Position numbers and translations under genes: made by a program. From Gekko japonicus (Eukaryota), in assembly GCF_001447785.1 (NCBI RefSeq), contig NW_015177022.1, forward strand, positions 978,654 through 1,042,653: 64,000 nucleotides of DNA, in the 5' to 3' direction. Below are positions 1-12,277 of this stretch, piece after piece. The notes under the pieces were generated by a model that worked only from the letters and a program-made list of their open reading frames with translations, was not told the origin of the DNA and did not search any database. Positions within the stretch are counted from its first letter, which is position 1, and each line of letters opens with the position of its first letter.

Positions 1-350
1 ACACCCGCCAGTGGTTTCCCTAATGCCTTTTTTGCTTCTTCATCTAAGCCAGGATGCCTTTGTGTCTGCAGGGAGTGCTCATTCTGAAACAGATGCCTCA
101 ATCATAGGAATATGCTTGACATGCTACCTCTAGAGATTTACTGATTGCCTTCCTTGGCAGCCATTTTGAACCAGTGCTGTTCCCTGTTCTTAAAATTCTA
201 AAAGTGTTCATGGGCTCAAGTTTGAAGAAGAAGAAGAATGTGCAATCAAGTCACAGTTGACTCATGATAACCTCATTCATGGGCTGTTCTGGGCAAGAGA
301 GGAGCATACAGTTTTGGTTGGTTTGAATTTCCCATTGAAAATTTCCCACT

Positions 351-634
351 TGCGACACTCACCTCAGGCAGTAGTTTATGTAAATTCCAAGCAATTTGGT
401 TTCCAATGATCGCATACCTGAGGGAGACTTTGTTCCTAATAATCATCATTACCAGAAACTCTTATTCTTTTGAACTATCTAAAATTGTGTTTGTTTCTCA
501 GGTACTGTATAGATTGTCACTTCTATACTGTTAGACATGAAGTACTATCCACTCATGCAGTTTACAGTTTGTTTGTGTTAAATGCTATATTTTCAAAAAA
601 TTATAAATAAAGTCTTTTTTTTTTAAAAAAAAAA
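351..634 (+). mobile_element. 5'-truncated L1/Tx1-type LINE 3' end with poly(A) tail
   Basis: Exact 14-bp TSD GAAAATTTCCCACT at 337-350 and 635-648; AATAAA followed by T/A tail at about 606-634; reads KFQAIWFPMIAYL, like L1-clade ORF2 C-termini. Confidence 0.8.
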
Positions 635-1152
635 GAAAATTTCCCACTAAGGTAATCAAGACCACTTCAAGCATGTCTCATTCTTTTCCTGAATACTTCC
701 TTCCCCGTATTCCAAATAATTTGGAACCCCAGGACTTTGGAATTCCCTTCTCCTTACCTTTGGCCAATCAGAGGGCATATCTGCTAACCCACTATGTCCC
801 GTCTCTGCTTTCAATCTGTTATTTTTAACTCTCCCATAACCCTATAAATGCAGTCAGAACTTATAACCAAGTCATGCTTTGCTCTGCTGTGCTTATGGCC
901 TGCTTGTTATATACCCAGAAGTACAGTGCCCACAGTCATGTTTCTGCTTCTTCAGCCATGCTTCGTTAAGGTGTGCTTGCAGGAGATATTGCAAGTGTAT
1001 TTTTTCTGGCTCCCAATCACTTGGGTTTGTACACCTGTGGAATACCCATCATGATGCATGGATTTATCTCATGGATTGTTTGATGCCTGCTTTGGACTCC
1101 TGCTTTAGGACTTGGACCTTTGCCTGGAATCTGCATAAATAGGTAGCTGTAA

Positions 1153-1310
1153 GCCAGTATATCATAGTGGTTAGAGTATCAGGCCAGGATCTGGGGGATC
1201 CAGCTTCAGATCCCCACATTGCCCTGAAGCTCTCTAAATCACCTTGGGTCAGTTGCACTCTCTAACCAAACCACCCTACAGGGTTGTTGCAAGGATAAAA
1301 TGGGGAAGAG
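1153..1310 (+). mobile_element. MIR/Squam3-like tRNA-derived SINE
   Basis: agccagt..atagtggttagagt head, accttgggtcag and gggttgttgcaaggataaaatgggg core shared with other copies in the window. Confidence 0.7.
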
Positions 1311-1690
1311 AGAATTTTGTACAGGAAAGCAGTACACAGAAATTGATCTTTGTACAAGCCCTTTACAATGGATTCTGACAGGGTTGGGTTTTTGGGGTTT
1401 TTTGCTGCACGTGTATGGAACAAAAGATGCACAAATACAATTGAATGGGAGAACTGGTGCACATGCCCAGCACTCTGCATTATATTTGGAAATTGAAGGA
1501 TGGTTCGATATAGCATTATATTCACATTAAAATCTGGTAAAGCCTGCCCCAGTGGGCAAAACCCTATTTATGTAAGCCACCCTGAGCCAGCCTTGGCTGG
1601 GAGGGCGGGGTAGAAATGTTATAAATAAATAAATAAATATGTCTACTTGGGAGAGGAACTCAGCCTGAAAGACAACAAAATACTTTTGAA

Positions 1691-2032
1691 CAGGGGTCAT
1701 TTCGTAGAAAAAGAGCTAGGGGAACTCATTAGCATAACTCATTAGCATATACCACACCCCCTGACATCAGGGGCCCGGCGGTGGACCTGCAAGGCCAGCG
1801 GGAGTGCGAGGAAGCCCCGCCAAGGCCCTCCCTGGCCCCAGGCAGGCAGGGGTGGGGAGAGGTGGGGAGGAAGCAACTTACCCTCCATCTTCTCCTGCCT
1901 CCTCCTGGTTGAATGAGGGCTGGAAGTGGAGCGGCCGGAAGCAGGGGGCGGGGCTTCATCATGTGCCCCGCCCCCCTGCACCTCACCCGGGGGAACTGCG
2001 TTCCCCCGCGTTCCCCCCCGAAATGACCTCTG
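1691..2032 (+). mobile_element. Non-autonomous hAT DNA transposon (MITE), copy 1
   Basis: TIRs CAGGGGTCATTTCG...CGAAATGACCTCTG; exact 8-bp TSD CTTTTGAA (1683-1690, 2033-2040); near-identical copy at 30440-30780. Confidence 0.92.
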
Positions 2033-2783
2033 CTTTTGAAGTGCATTTGTTTTATTGTGCCTGCCCAAGTTTTGCCCTAAATCTTCCAGATAGGTTTTGT
2101 GAAGCCTCACTTTTAGCTTAAAAGTGTCAGGCTGCATCTGCTAGTCCCACAACAGAGCAGTCCTAGGGTCCCAAACCTTGTTGAGTATCTGGTCCTTTTT
2201 GGAATGTTGAGAAACACAGTAGGTGCCACCACAAAAGAGCTGCCAATAGAGGGTGCAACCAACTACAAAATGGCTGCCGCATGGGCTGGGACTAGTCACA
2301 AAATATTGGGAAGCCATGCTGCCTTCTATCAAGGAGACAGCTCTTTCTAAATAGGGGCTCGCTGCAGACACAAAGGTGATGCCTCTTGGGCTCTTCTGAA
2401 GGGCCCACTGCTCCTGTAAGGGGGAGGAAAGACAGGCTTGGCTGATTGCTTTGAAAGTGAGATGCTGTGGAGAAGAAGGATGTGGATGCTTGGAAGCTCA
2501 ACAGAGGGCGCCATGGCAGCTGTCAGCACAGTTCTGGAGATCACTACAGTGTGAATATCATCCACAGTTACTTTGCTCCTTGGCTGCAGGCATGCATTTG
2601 TCTACTTTTTTTTTAAAAATGGGATTATTTCAGAGTAACTGTGCTGGATGGTAGGGAGGCTAGCAATGTGCATATATTTTAAGTTCAAAAGTGGACAGTC
2701 CTTTCATTTATCAAAGGGAACAATGCTGGCCAGATATCCTGGTCAGAGAAGTGCCACGTCATGAACTACTTTGGGTAGTACTG

Positions 2784-3003
2784 TAGGGTTGCCAGCTTTC
2801 AGGTGGCTCCTGGAGATCTTCCACTATTACAATTGATTTCCAAGCAACCAAGACGAGTTCCCCTGGAGAAAATGGCTGCCTTGGAGGGCAGATTCTATGG
2901 CGTTATACCCCACTGAGGTCCCTCCCCTTCTCAAACCCCACTGTCCCCAGACTCCACCCCCAAAACCTTTAGGTATTTCCCAGCCCGGAGCTGGCAGCTC
3001 TGT
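2784..3003 (+). mobile_element. TAGGGTTGCCA-terminated non-autonomous DNA transposon (hAT-like)
   Basis: Starts tagggttgccag and ends near ctggcagctct; body (cccctggagaaaatggctgc..ttggaggg) recurs at 48.2-50.8 kb. Confidence 0.7.
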
Positions 3004-3453
3004 AGTACTGTTTCTTGGCTGAGGTCACATGCACTCAAGGAGCAGTGTTGGGCCAGGCCACCTGCTTCCAATCTGATTTGGTGTGGGGGCGGGGAAGGGT
3101 GGGGCCCTTCCAAATAATGAGGAGGTTTAATGTGGTCCTTGGGCTTGCAATTGTGCATCCACAGCGAAGGATATAATTCTTATTTAAAACAAAATCACCA
3201 TCGAATGAATCTCTTTAGCTTGCAGGATACCAGATTTTCTGCTTCAATACTACAGTTCCTCCAGTACGTAACAATGCTGTGAGTGTATGCCGACTCCTTG
3301 AGCCCTAGATGAGTATGACAGAATTTTTTTAAAATCAAGTTAGTAATAGCTAAATGTTTAGCCAATTTATATTCAATTAATTTCAGAATGAGATTCAAAC
3401 AACTTGTATTTTTCTACATGGTAGTGAAATGTATATCTTTTTTGTGAGTATTT

Positions 3454-3486
<33 letters not shown>

Positions 3487-3494
3487 GTGCCTGG

Positions 3495-3687
3495 AAATCA
3501 TGGCTGACTTCTGGCGACCTCTAGTGGGGCTTGGACATTTCAGAGAGGTGACCTGTTATTGCCTGCCTCTGCCCCCTGACCCTGGTATTCCTTGGAGGTC
3601 TCCCATCCAAGTACTTGCCAGGGTTGACCCTGCTTAGCTTCCAAGATCTGACAAGCTCGGGCTTGCCTGGGCTATCCAGGTCAGGGC
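3495..3687 (-). mobile_element. 5S rRNA-derived SINE (5S-Sauria-like)
   Basis: Reverse complement matches the 5S rRNA internal control region (GATCT..GGAAGCTAAGCAGGGTC..AGTACTTGGATGGGAGACC) followed by a non-rRNA tail; adjacent (GT)n. Confidence 0.8.
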
Positions 3688-4084
3688 ATGAAATGTTTAT
3701 CTTGAGACTTCATCACAGTGGTAGATTTTTCACTTTATCCAATTACGAGAGGATTTCAAATTTCGGATTCCTACTGTTTTCCCATGAAAACCCCTCTTTT
3801 GATTTTACATCTCCCTTGTATAACCTGGACCCATGGACTGAACCCAGCCAGCTTTTCCACTGATGAAAAAATGAGGAGGGGAACTATTTTTGATCACAAA
3901 AAAGGTCTGTGCTAGGGATCATGGGATCAACATGTACAAAAGCCATATTTGGTAAGGGAATTAGGTGAGATTGAATGAAAAAATTGGAATGGACCCATTC
4001 CCTGATTTTTTAATTTATATGTCATCTGCTGCTTCCTTAAAAAAACAGAGAACCACAGCCACAGATAAACAATAAGAAAGAGAA

Positions 4085-4470
4085 AATGCAAAGCTGCGTA
4101 TAGACTCTAAAGTAAACAATTACTCATGAATCCATGTGTCCAAATAGTGTAATATATGACAATAACAATGCAATATGAATCAATGTAAGGTACAAAGTAC
4201 TATATAACAATGAAGTCCAAAACAAAGATCCAAAGCAATAGATTGACAACATTTCCAGATAAAGTATTCGTTTCGTGAGTCTTCTTCTGAATAGGGCCGA
4301 TTTATAACTTCAAAGACTCATTTTTAACATTTGTGGAGTGAGGCTGTAAACAACAAATCAACAATCTTCGGGGGGGAAAAACAATTCTTATGAAAGTCTG
4401 CAGAGCGTATCAAAGTACTAAGGTCAAGCCATCATGTTCACCATAATAATAAATAATAATAAAGTAATAC
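4085..4470 (-). mobile_element. Probable Penelope-like element remnant
   Basis: AT-rich, strand-biased block with cgtttcgtgagtcttcttctg (minus strand CAGAAGA..CGAAACG, a degenerate hammerhead-type core). Confidence 0.4.
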
Positions 4471-6736
4471 ATTTTTCAGTGTTATTTGTGTGTCAGTAAA
4501 TCACTGTCATGACATATATTATATATATCGATAAACCTAGATAAATTGAGCATGCACGTTCAATTCAAATGAATTTGCAAAACCAAAAGCCACAAGTGGG
4601 GAACCAAAACCACTGGTGTACATACGTCTGTGTTCATGTTACTCTGTTGCCCTGGTCATGGAAGTTTGGTGTTTTAAAAAACAAAACAAAAGCTGAAAAA
4701 AATGTTCAGCAGAGGCAAGAATGAGATGAACATAGATGTATCAAGTCATGGTTCTTCTGTCAACATTTCTTTATTACATTTCTTGGGTGGGTGGTTTTTT
4801 GTGTTGAGCCTCTGCTGATGTGATGCTCCTAATCTGATTCCACCAAATATTCCATGCCAGACTCTATAGGCTGGAAGAGAGAGTACATGGAGCTCTATGG
4901 TGCCATCCAAAGCAGAATTATACCCCAGTGAAGTGAATGGTCTTAGAGGGGTGTAACTCTGTTTTGGATGTCACTGGAAGGCCTATTATGCACCCACAGC
5001 TTACTGCAGATTTTCCAAGCAGTAGGCCTTTAACCTTGACTTCAAATTCTGCGCCTGCCCTATGCCACATTCTTTCCCCTCCAGTGTATTTATTCTGCAG
5101 CTAAGATTTTAAAAACCCAACACTTTTCTAAATCAGGGTGGGAATATCACTTGTGATGTGTGTGGGGTGGCATCCAAAGTTGCCCTATCGCAGCTGTGCA
5201 GTAGTGCCCAGCAAGCACCTTTCATTTAAATCCTTGTGGTTCAGTTTTTGTGCATTTATTTTAGTGTTAGTTCCTTGAATGAAAGGGAATACAAAGGAAC
5301 ACAGGCAAAGGGGGGAAACCCGACGTTGAAACTGACAAAACTATTTTTGAAACTGACAAGAGCAGCTGAAAAGCCCCCTTTTCCATATTGCCAAACACCA
5401 GGGGATTCTGTACTGTGTTATTGGCAACTGTGAAAAATGGTAAAGAGTCACATGATCTCATAATATGGGGGGACACACTGAGTGTACAGAATGCATGGTG
5501 GAACCCAATTACACTGGCATTGTAAACTTTGATCGTTGGCAACATGTGTGTGTGTCCCCACCATGCTTTGCACAGGGCTGCAATTTGTATGGGGGAGGAG
5601 TCCTTTGGCAGAAGCTCTGGAGAGGTTTTTTAGTCTTGTGCCACTAAATTGATTTTTTCTTTTTGGTATTTTTGCCAAAGCCCTAGTGCAGCTGCACAGT
5701 AATGCTAATTTCCTGCCCTCCATTTCAAATTTGTGTGGTTTTCTCTTTGTGATTCTCTAATTTGACCCTGCACACTGGTTGTGATCTTGGCAGTTTTTTA
5801 AAGCTTCTCCTCTACCGATTGCACCCTTTCCTCCAAATGTACTGAGCCCAAGCAATTCTTAAATTCGATGGTTTACAGAATGTCCATGTGGCTCAGCCTC
5901 CATTTTAATGTTAGGCTTCTGGAGACTTCCAAAATGCACCCCCCCACACACACTTTGTTCACAAAAGCAGTAAAGGGAAAAATGTTTTCAGAGCTTTAGG
6001 CTTCCCACCCCAGAGTCTGTCTCTCTTTTCATCTCATGTCAGTTTCATTACACATTGATGATCCCCCCTTTATTTTGCTTGCATGCAGCACTGAAATCCT
6101 TTTTTTTTTGCACTAGGGACACTGTCATTTGCCTCCTTTGTTCAATAACTAGTCATTTCTACCCATCTGTCTCCAGCACTGTGAACAGAAGCCCAAGATG
6201 GAGTGCATCCTCTCGCACAGCTTTTTGATTTCCCCACATCATTTAATTTTTTTAAATTCAGCATCCAAGACTAGTGATAGTCTCATATTATTAGACTTAT
6301 GTTGTAATTTTTTTTAAAAAAAAACCCTAGAACAATGAGGGAAAAAGTAATCAATGGAGCTTGTACACCAATGAAGGGGGGAGCATGGCTGAGGATGCAG
6401 AGTGGGCAGAATGACCTCAATGTGGTGACCTTCAAGGGGAGGCAAAAGGATGTGTGTGAGGGAAATCTGAGGGAATCTGTACACTTTTGGATTACCTTCA
6501 GTTTGGAAGTGAAACAAGGGGGAAATTGGCACAAAAGCAGTCTCAGAAAACCTGGGGAAACAGTGACCAGAAAGAGGACTAAGTGTTGAAGGGAGGCACA
6601 TCAATGCATGACAAAAAAGAAAACCTGAGGGACATGCATGGTGAAAGGGAGGGAAAACACCCGTGCATAATAGGTGTAAGATACAACTGTAAGACTCTGT
6701 AAAACACAAACCAGGGCTTGAGGCCAGTGGATGTTG

Positions 6737-7860
6737 TATTTATTTATTTATTTTTATTTATTTTTGAGATTTCGATCCAGCCTTCCCCACAAGCGGGCTC
6801 AGAGTGGGTCACAACAAGTGGGTAAATAGTTAAAATGCACAATACATACAATTTAACAACTATACAACCCATAATACAATACATGATGGTGAACTCCATG
6901 GTTTATGTTGTATATGTGCCCAAGGGCTGGCCTACCAGAAGGTGGGCAAAACATCCGCCAATGGAGCAATTAAAGTGTATAGCAACAAGACAAGCTGAGG
7001 CGAAGTAGGGGAGGGGAGGCTAATGTTATTTGACATCCATAGCCTCAACCAAAGGCCTGGCAGAATAACTCCATTTTACAGGCCCTGCAGAACTGTATTA
7101 AGTCTTGCAGGGCCCTGATCTCACTAGGCCAGAGTTAGCTAAACATAAGACTCTCCGGGGAACATACTGGGAGAGGCTATTCCACAGATATGTTGGCCCC
7201 AGACTGCATAGGGCTTTAAAGGTTAGTACCATCACCTTGAACTTGATCTGGTACTCAACTGGAAGCCAATGCAGCTGTCGAAGCACTGGCTGTATATGCA
7301 CCCACAAGGGCATCCCGGCCAGGAGCCGTGCCACTGCATTTTTCACCAGCTGAAGTTTCCAGGTCAATTTCAAGGGCAGCCCTATGTAGAGTGAGTTACA
7401 ATACTCCAGCCTGGAGTTGACCATTGTGTGGATCTCTGTGGCTGGGTCATGGGAGGAGAGACAGGGGACCAGTTGCCAGACCAGTCAAAGATGATAAAAA
7501 GCTGATCTGGCAACAGTAGTGACCTGGGCCTCCATTGACAATGAAACATTCCTAAGCTCCTCACCATTGGCGTTGGTGTCAAAGGCACCCCACCAAGAGT
7601 ATTGAGTTGGATCCCCAATTCCCTCCCCCCCCCATAGTTCAGGCACAGGACCTCCATCTTCAATGCATTTAGCTTTAGTTGACTCTGCTGTAACCAACCA
7701 GCCACAGCCTCCACTGCCCAGGCCAAAATATCTGGGGCAGAGTCCAGCCCTCCACCCATCCATCAACAGATATAGCTGGGTGCCGTCAGCTTACTGGTGA
7801 CAACCCAGCCCAAACCCCCAGATCAGCTGGGCAAGAGGGTGCATACTGATGTTAAATAAC
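6737..7860 (-). mobile_element. L2-clade LINE 3' fragment (RT C-terminus and 3' tail)
   Basis: Minus-strand peptides SRLEYCNSLYIGLPLKLTWKLQLVKNAVARLL and LRQLHWLPVEYQIKFKV; degenerate YADDTQL at about 7770-7795; (TAAA)n tail at about 6737-6765. Confidence 0.9.
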
Positions 7861-8031
7861 TTATATAAATGTTGAATAAATTAGGAAAGTTTCTTGAGTT
7901 ATGCAGTTACAGTTATGGACTAAGATTTGTGGTCTTCAGAATTTATGAGGAGTCATGCTATGAATGCCCTCAAAAAATGTTTCCCCTACTTCCACCCTTC
8001 TGCCACTGCTTCTCACTATGTTATCAACTGA

Positions 8032-8451
8032 GGCCCCTTCCACACGGGGGCAATCGATGCGGCCAAAGTGCGGCTTTGTAAAGTCGCACCAAAAGAAACA
8101 CGCGGTGGCGGGATCAGACGGATCCCCGGCACGATCAGATGCCGGTGAGAAAGCCACGGAAGGGAGTGCGAGGCAGCTGGCTGCGCATGTGTGCGCATGC
8201 GCAGTTCGGCTGGGAGCCTTGAATGCTCCTTAAGACAGGTGCGCCGGCGATCCCATGGCCGCGCTTGCTGCGCTGTTTCAGGTAAGTCCTCCTCTTTTGC
8301 TGGTTCTTTTTTTCAGCACATTTTCGGCCTGAAGGGCCGGATTGGGGATGGGTGCGCGCCGCTTCCCAGATGTTGCGGTGTGCTCATACCCGATTGCTGC
8401 GCCCCCGATCCATCCCTCTTCCGGCCCAAAACCTCCCGTGAGACCGGGGCC
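8032..8451. mobile_element. PIF/Harbinger-type MITE
   Basis: Imperfect TIRs GGCCCCTTCCACACGGG / CCCGTGAGACCGGGGCC; 3-bp TSD TGA (8029-8031, 8452-8454); CpG-rich interior. Confidence 0.75.
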
Positions 8452-8689
8452 TGAGCATACGTATGTGTTCCTAACAATGGCACCAGTGCATTAAAAAAGT
8501 CTCTCTTTAAAAGGCACCTTAATATTAATTTGCCTACAGCAACCATGGCATCCTTTGCATATTCATTTCAGAATGGGAGGTGGTTATGGGAGGGGCAGGA
8601 AGCAGGATTGGACGGCCACAAGGACAGTTTAGCAGAAGGAGCTGAACGTTTGGCTGTATTTGGGGATTTCTCTGATTCACGTTTCATCA

Positions 8690-8841
8690 GGTCACTTCAG
8701 CAGAGGCATGCACTAGTTTCTCTACCACAGCTCTGTGCCACAGTAACCTCTCTGTTCATTTTCATTGCTACAAATGTTAACAAACCAACTCCCATAACAC
8801 CGGACTGAGAAGTCCACGAACTTGCCAGTTCTTTACATGAT
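8690..8841 (-). pseudogene. Putative terminal pseudo-exon
   Basis: Strong acceptor ctctttctttcttttcAG|ATCATG; one frame reads SCKELASSWTSQSGV...; 3' boundary approximate. Confidence 0.4.
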
Positions 8842-9558
8842 CTGAAAAGAAAGAAAGAGTGTGATCCCTTTCTGTAAAATGCCTCCTACACACATCTGCT
8901 TCTAGTTAGAGGAAGGAAGAATGGCTTGTGAGAACACACATTCAGTGACAAATCTGTTCATCTTTTTAATTGAAAAATGTCAGTAGATTATCCGTTTGTA
9001 AATGCAATACAGCAATGCCTTCCTTTCAGTCCCTTTCTTCCACCCCTCTATCTCCCATCCCCCCAAAAAGAGGGGGAAAGAGGCAGGGGCAGGGGCAGGG
9101 GGCAGGGCAGAGGGAAGAGAATACTATGACTATCTTTTTCCTTACAAAGTTGGTGCCTTCGTGTCTACTTGGCATCCCCTGATCTTTAATTGCAAGATCA
9201 AGTACACCATCTATAGGGATGAGTTCAAATTCCTCATCCCTGCTGCTTTAACAAGAAAATTCCCTATTTGGATTTAGCATCTCTCTTGTGCAAATGATTT
9301 TTGGGTTTTGTGCCATTTGAGGTTTCCTCAACATAGGTATTTCTCTTAAATTTAACTTGTTTCTCGCAGTTATTTTGGTGTCCATAAAACAACATGACTC
9401 ATTTTACAAATAAATGATACGCATTGCATAAATATCACCTACAGTGCACATTAAAAAAAATGCAGCACGCATACACACTATTACAAAATCTACAAGACCA
9501 ACAGCAAAATGGAGACGTGAAAAATAAAACAAAAATGTGGTTTACTTTTTCTATAGAC

Positions 9559-9708
9559 CTCAAGCATGTGGACGTTTTGCTATGGTTTGGGTTCCCAACT
9601 GCAGTACTTTTTCTCCAGGCTTCCTCCCGGCATTATCTGTTTGCTGTCTTTCCGCAGTTTCCTTGAGGTTTCTTCTGCTTTCTCAAACCAACTTTGAGCT
9701 GATGTCTC
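9559..9708 (-). pseudogene. Pseudo-exon (150 nt)
   Basis: Acceptor tatctgcAG|GAG, weak donor GAG|GTCTAT; reads ETSAQSWFEKAEETSRKLRKDSKQIMPGGSLEKKYCSWEPKP*QNVHMLE. Confidence 0.5.
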
Positions 9709-9781
9709 CTGCAGATACTCCAAGAAACTTATGTCACAGTGAATGTGTCAGTCTTGAAGGTGTTGTTTTGATCACTCAAAC

Positions 9782-10025
9782 GTAAGAAGAGCCCTGCTGG
9801 ATCAGACCAGTCATTCATTGAGTCCAGCATCCTGTCTCACACAGTGGCCAAGCAGTTACTATGGAGGGTCAACAATAGGATGTAGGAGCCAGCCCCTCCT
9901 CCAATGTTGCTTCGTACCATTATTATTCAGAGGTTTTCTGCCTCTGAATAAGGCATTTCCTTTAGTCACCATGGCTAGTAGCCACTGATGGGCCTCTCCT
10001 TCATGGATTTTTCTAATCTCTTTTT
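9782..10025 (-). mobile_element. CR1 LINE 3' end
   Basis: taagaagagccctgctggatcagacca..tccagcatcctgtctcacacagtggcca matches the reptile CR1 3' UTR in reverse. Confidence 0.75.
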
Positions 10026-10027
10026 AT

Positions 10028-10616
10028 TGGCTACATCATAAGAAGACAAGACTCACTGGAAAAGACAATAATGCTAGGAAAAGTTGAAGGCAGTAGGAAA
10101 TGAGGTAGACCAACATGAGAGGTAAAGGTTCCCTTGCTCGAAAGCCAGTCGAATCCAACTCTAGGGTTGCGGTGCTCATCTCCGTTTCAAAGCCGAAGAG
10201 CCAGCGCTGTCCGAAGACATTTTCGTGGTCATGTGGCCGGCATGACTAAACCCCAAGGCGCACGGAACGCTGTTACCTTCCCACCGAAGTGGTACCTATT
10301 TATCTACTTGCAATTTCTTGCTTTCAAGCTGCTAGGTTGGCAGGAGCTGGAACTAGAGACGGGAGCTCACTCCGTCTTGCGGCACCCGGGTCTTGAACTG
10401 CTGAACTACTGACCTTCCACAGCCTGCAGTTCAGCGTCTTAACTACTTGAGCCACCGCAGCTCCTTAACATGAGAGGTACTGACTCCCTAAAGAAAGCCA
10501 CAAGGGCCCTCCGTTTGTAAGACCTGAGCAAGGCTGTTAATGCTAGGGCATTTTGGAGGTCATTCATTCACAGGGTTGCCATAAATCAGAAATGACTTCA
10601 AGGCATATCACACACA
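10028..10616 (+). mobile_element. RTE-clade LINE 3' end, split by a Sauria SINE
   Basis: YIIRRQDSLEKTIMLGKVEGSRK*GR before the SINE; resumes after it with gacctgagcaaggctgttaa..agggttgccataaatc. Confidence 0.8.
10125..10466 (-). mobile_element. Sauria (Squam1) SINE, apparently full length
   Basis: Typical Sauria sequence (ggtaaagg..gtggtcatgtggccggcatgact..ttaccttcccacc..ggtacctatttatctact); exact 13-bp TSD AACATGAGAGGTA at 10112-10124 and 10467-10479. Confidence 0.9.
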
Positions 10617-10933
10617 TGCTTCTGACCATTACTGCACCCTCAGGCAATGAATTCCACATTCCAGTTAAGATGGCCATCCTTTTTCTTGAGACTTGTCACA
10701 TGGAGGATGGCATCAACAGGATGCGATGCAGTGGTCAGGGGGTCAGACTGGGGATCTGGAAGACCCAGGTTCAAAAAAAATCTCCATGAAACTCTCTAGG
10801 TGATCCTGGGCCACTCATACATTCTCAGACTAGCCCACCTCACAGGGCTGTTGTGAGGATAACAATGGGAAGGGAAACGATATGTGCTGTTTTGAGCTAA
10901 TTGGAGGAATAAAAATGTACTAGGGAGATAAAG

Positions 10934-10985
10934 NNNNNNNNNNNNNNNNNNNNNNNNNNNNNNNNNNNNNNNNNNNNNNNNNNNN
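10934..10985. other. Assembly gap (N run)
   Basis: Run of n; further gaps at 11847-11899 and 33068-33147. Confidence 1.
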
Positions 10986-11298
10986 GCAAAGCAGGATGCA
11001 AACTGCTGATGTCTTTCATAGGACAAACCAGGACCTTGAATGGTACCTAGCATGTTATGTAAAGACCCAGCTTGGGGGGGGGGGAAATGCCCCTTTAGTG
11101 AAAGCTTAATGGGATCCTATTTCCCAGGTGATGCTATTTACCTCCATGCCATTAAAAGCTTCAGCTATCCATTTCCATTTATGAAGCCCCTATTAAAGGG
11201 ACAGAACATTTTCCTCCAGGCTCGTTGGCAACCTTGGACCAAACAATAATCACGGATGGAGGGCAGAGAGAAGTCTGATCCCCAGACCATTGCCGTAC

Positions 11299-11383
11299 CT
11301 GCATACCCTCTTCAAAAGAGTTGATCGAATTTTGCATTTGCATTTTTCTTCCCTTACAAACTTTAAAGACTACAGGCGTTCAG
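11299..11383 (-). pseudogene. Pseudo-exon (85 nt)
   Basis: Acceptor cttgtgtttctagtttcAG|, donor CAG|GTACGG; ERL*SLKFVREEK then a frameshift in an A run to MQMQNSINSFEEGMQ, ending in phase 0 like the start of the 9708 exon. Confidence 0.55.
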
Positions 11384-12277
11384 CTGAAACTAGAAACACA
11401 AGATTTTATTATATTCCTGGCAGTACTAGGGAAGAACAGGAGCCAGTTCCTAGGCAGTCGAAGCGTAGGCTTCCCCCAGTTCTCTTCACCCTCGTGCTGA
11501 TTCTGTTCCAAAATTGATCTACAAAACTGAGTCCAGTTGGAGCTGTCAAGGAGAATTGCCAATTTTTAAACTGGTCTCTCTAGTTGACCCTTTAATATCA
11601 GTACGATCTGCAGCAATTATCATGTGATGTTCTTAGCTCTGTGCCATGAAAAGCTTTAGCTGCTCGTTTCCACATATTAAGCCCCTATTAATGGGGCATG
11701 ACATATATTTTTTTTTCCTGGCCATTTGGCAACCTTAGGAGGAAATAACATTATGTCTTTCAGCATTTTCAACAGGGTGCTTTATTGCAGCTTCATCGCA
11801 TGGCAACTTATCGCTGCTTTGAAGAGTAGCTACTTTCCCAGAAAAGNNNNNNNNNNNNNNNNNNNNNNNNNNNNNNNNNNNNNNNNNNNNNNNNNNNNNT
11901 CACATCAGTCTTAAGTTTTGCACTGGATCTTCCAGGGGTGTGCGTGTGTTTGTTTGGATGCAAGCAAATAGCTTCTTGTTAAGTACGGAAACAACTCAGG
12001 GTTCTGCCTGCTGGTTCCACAACACAATCAATAGCATCCCTCACAAAAAGCATGTGGGGGATGGATGTAGGAACATTAGTTCTGGAATACAGGGCACCTG
12101 GGAGTATGAGACCTGGAGTTAGCAGTCGCTTGCTCTCAGCCGCACAACCAGTGATTTAGCTAGGGACAAGTGGTAAGGCTTTATTTCCTGTAGGGGAGCC
12201 ATGGGGAAAGGAAAGTCCTTGGAGGCCATCTGGCCTATCTACTCGCCATTGGATAATTATTCCCCGTTGTCCCTTAC

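Noticed and set aside
1729-2137. Duplicated 105-aa ORF (also 30478-30795) as a gene pair
   Set aside because: Both lie within copies of the same hAT MITE
6335-6589. 84-aa ATG-initiated ORF in unique sequence
   Set aside because: No recognisable homology or splice context; length is within chance expectation
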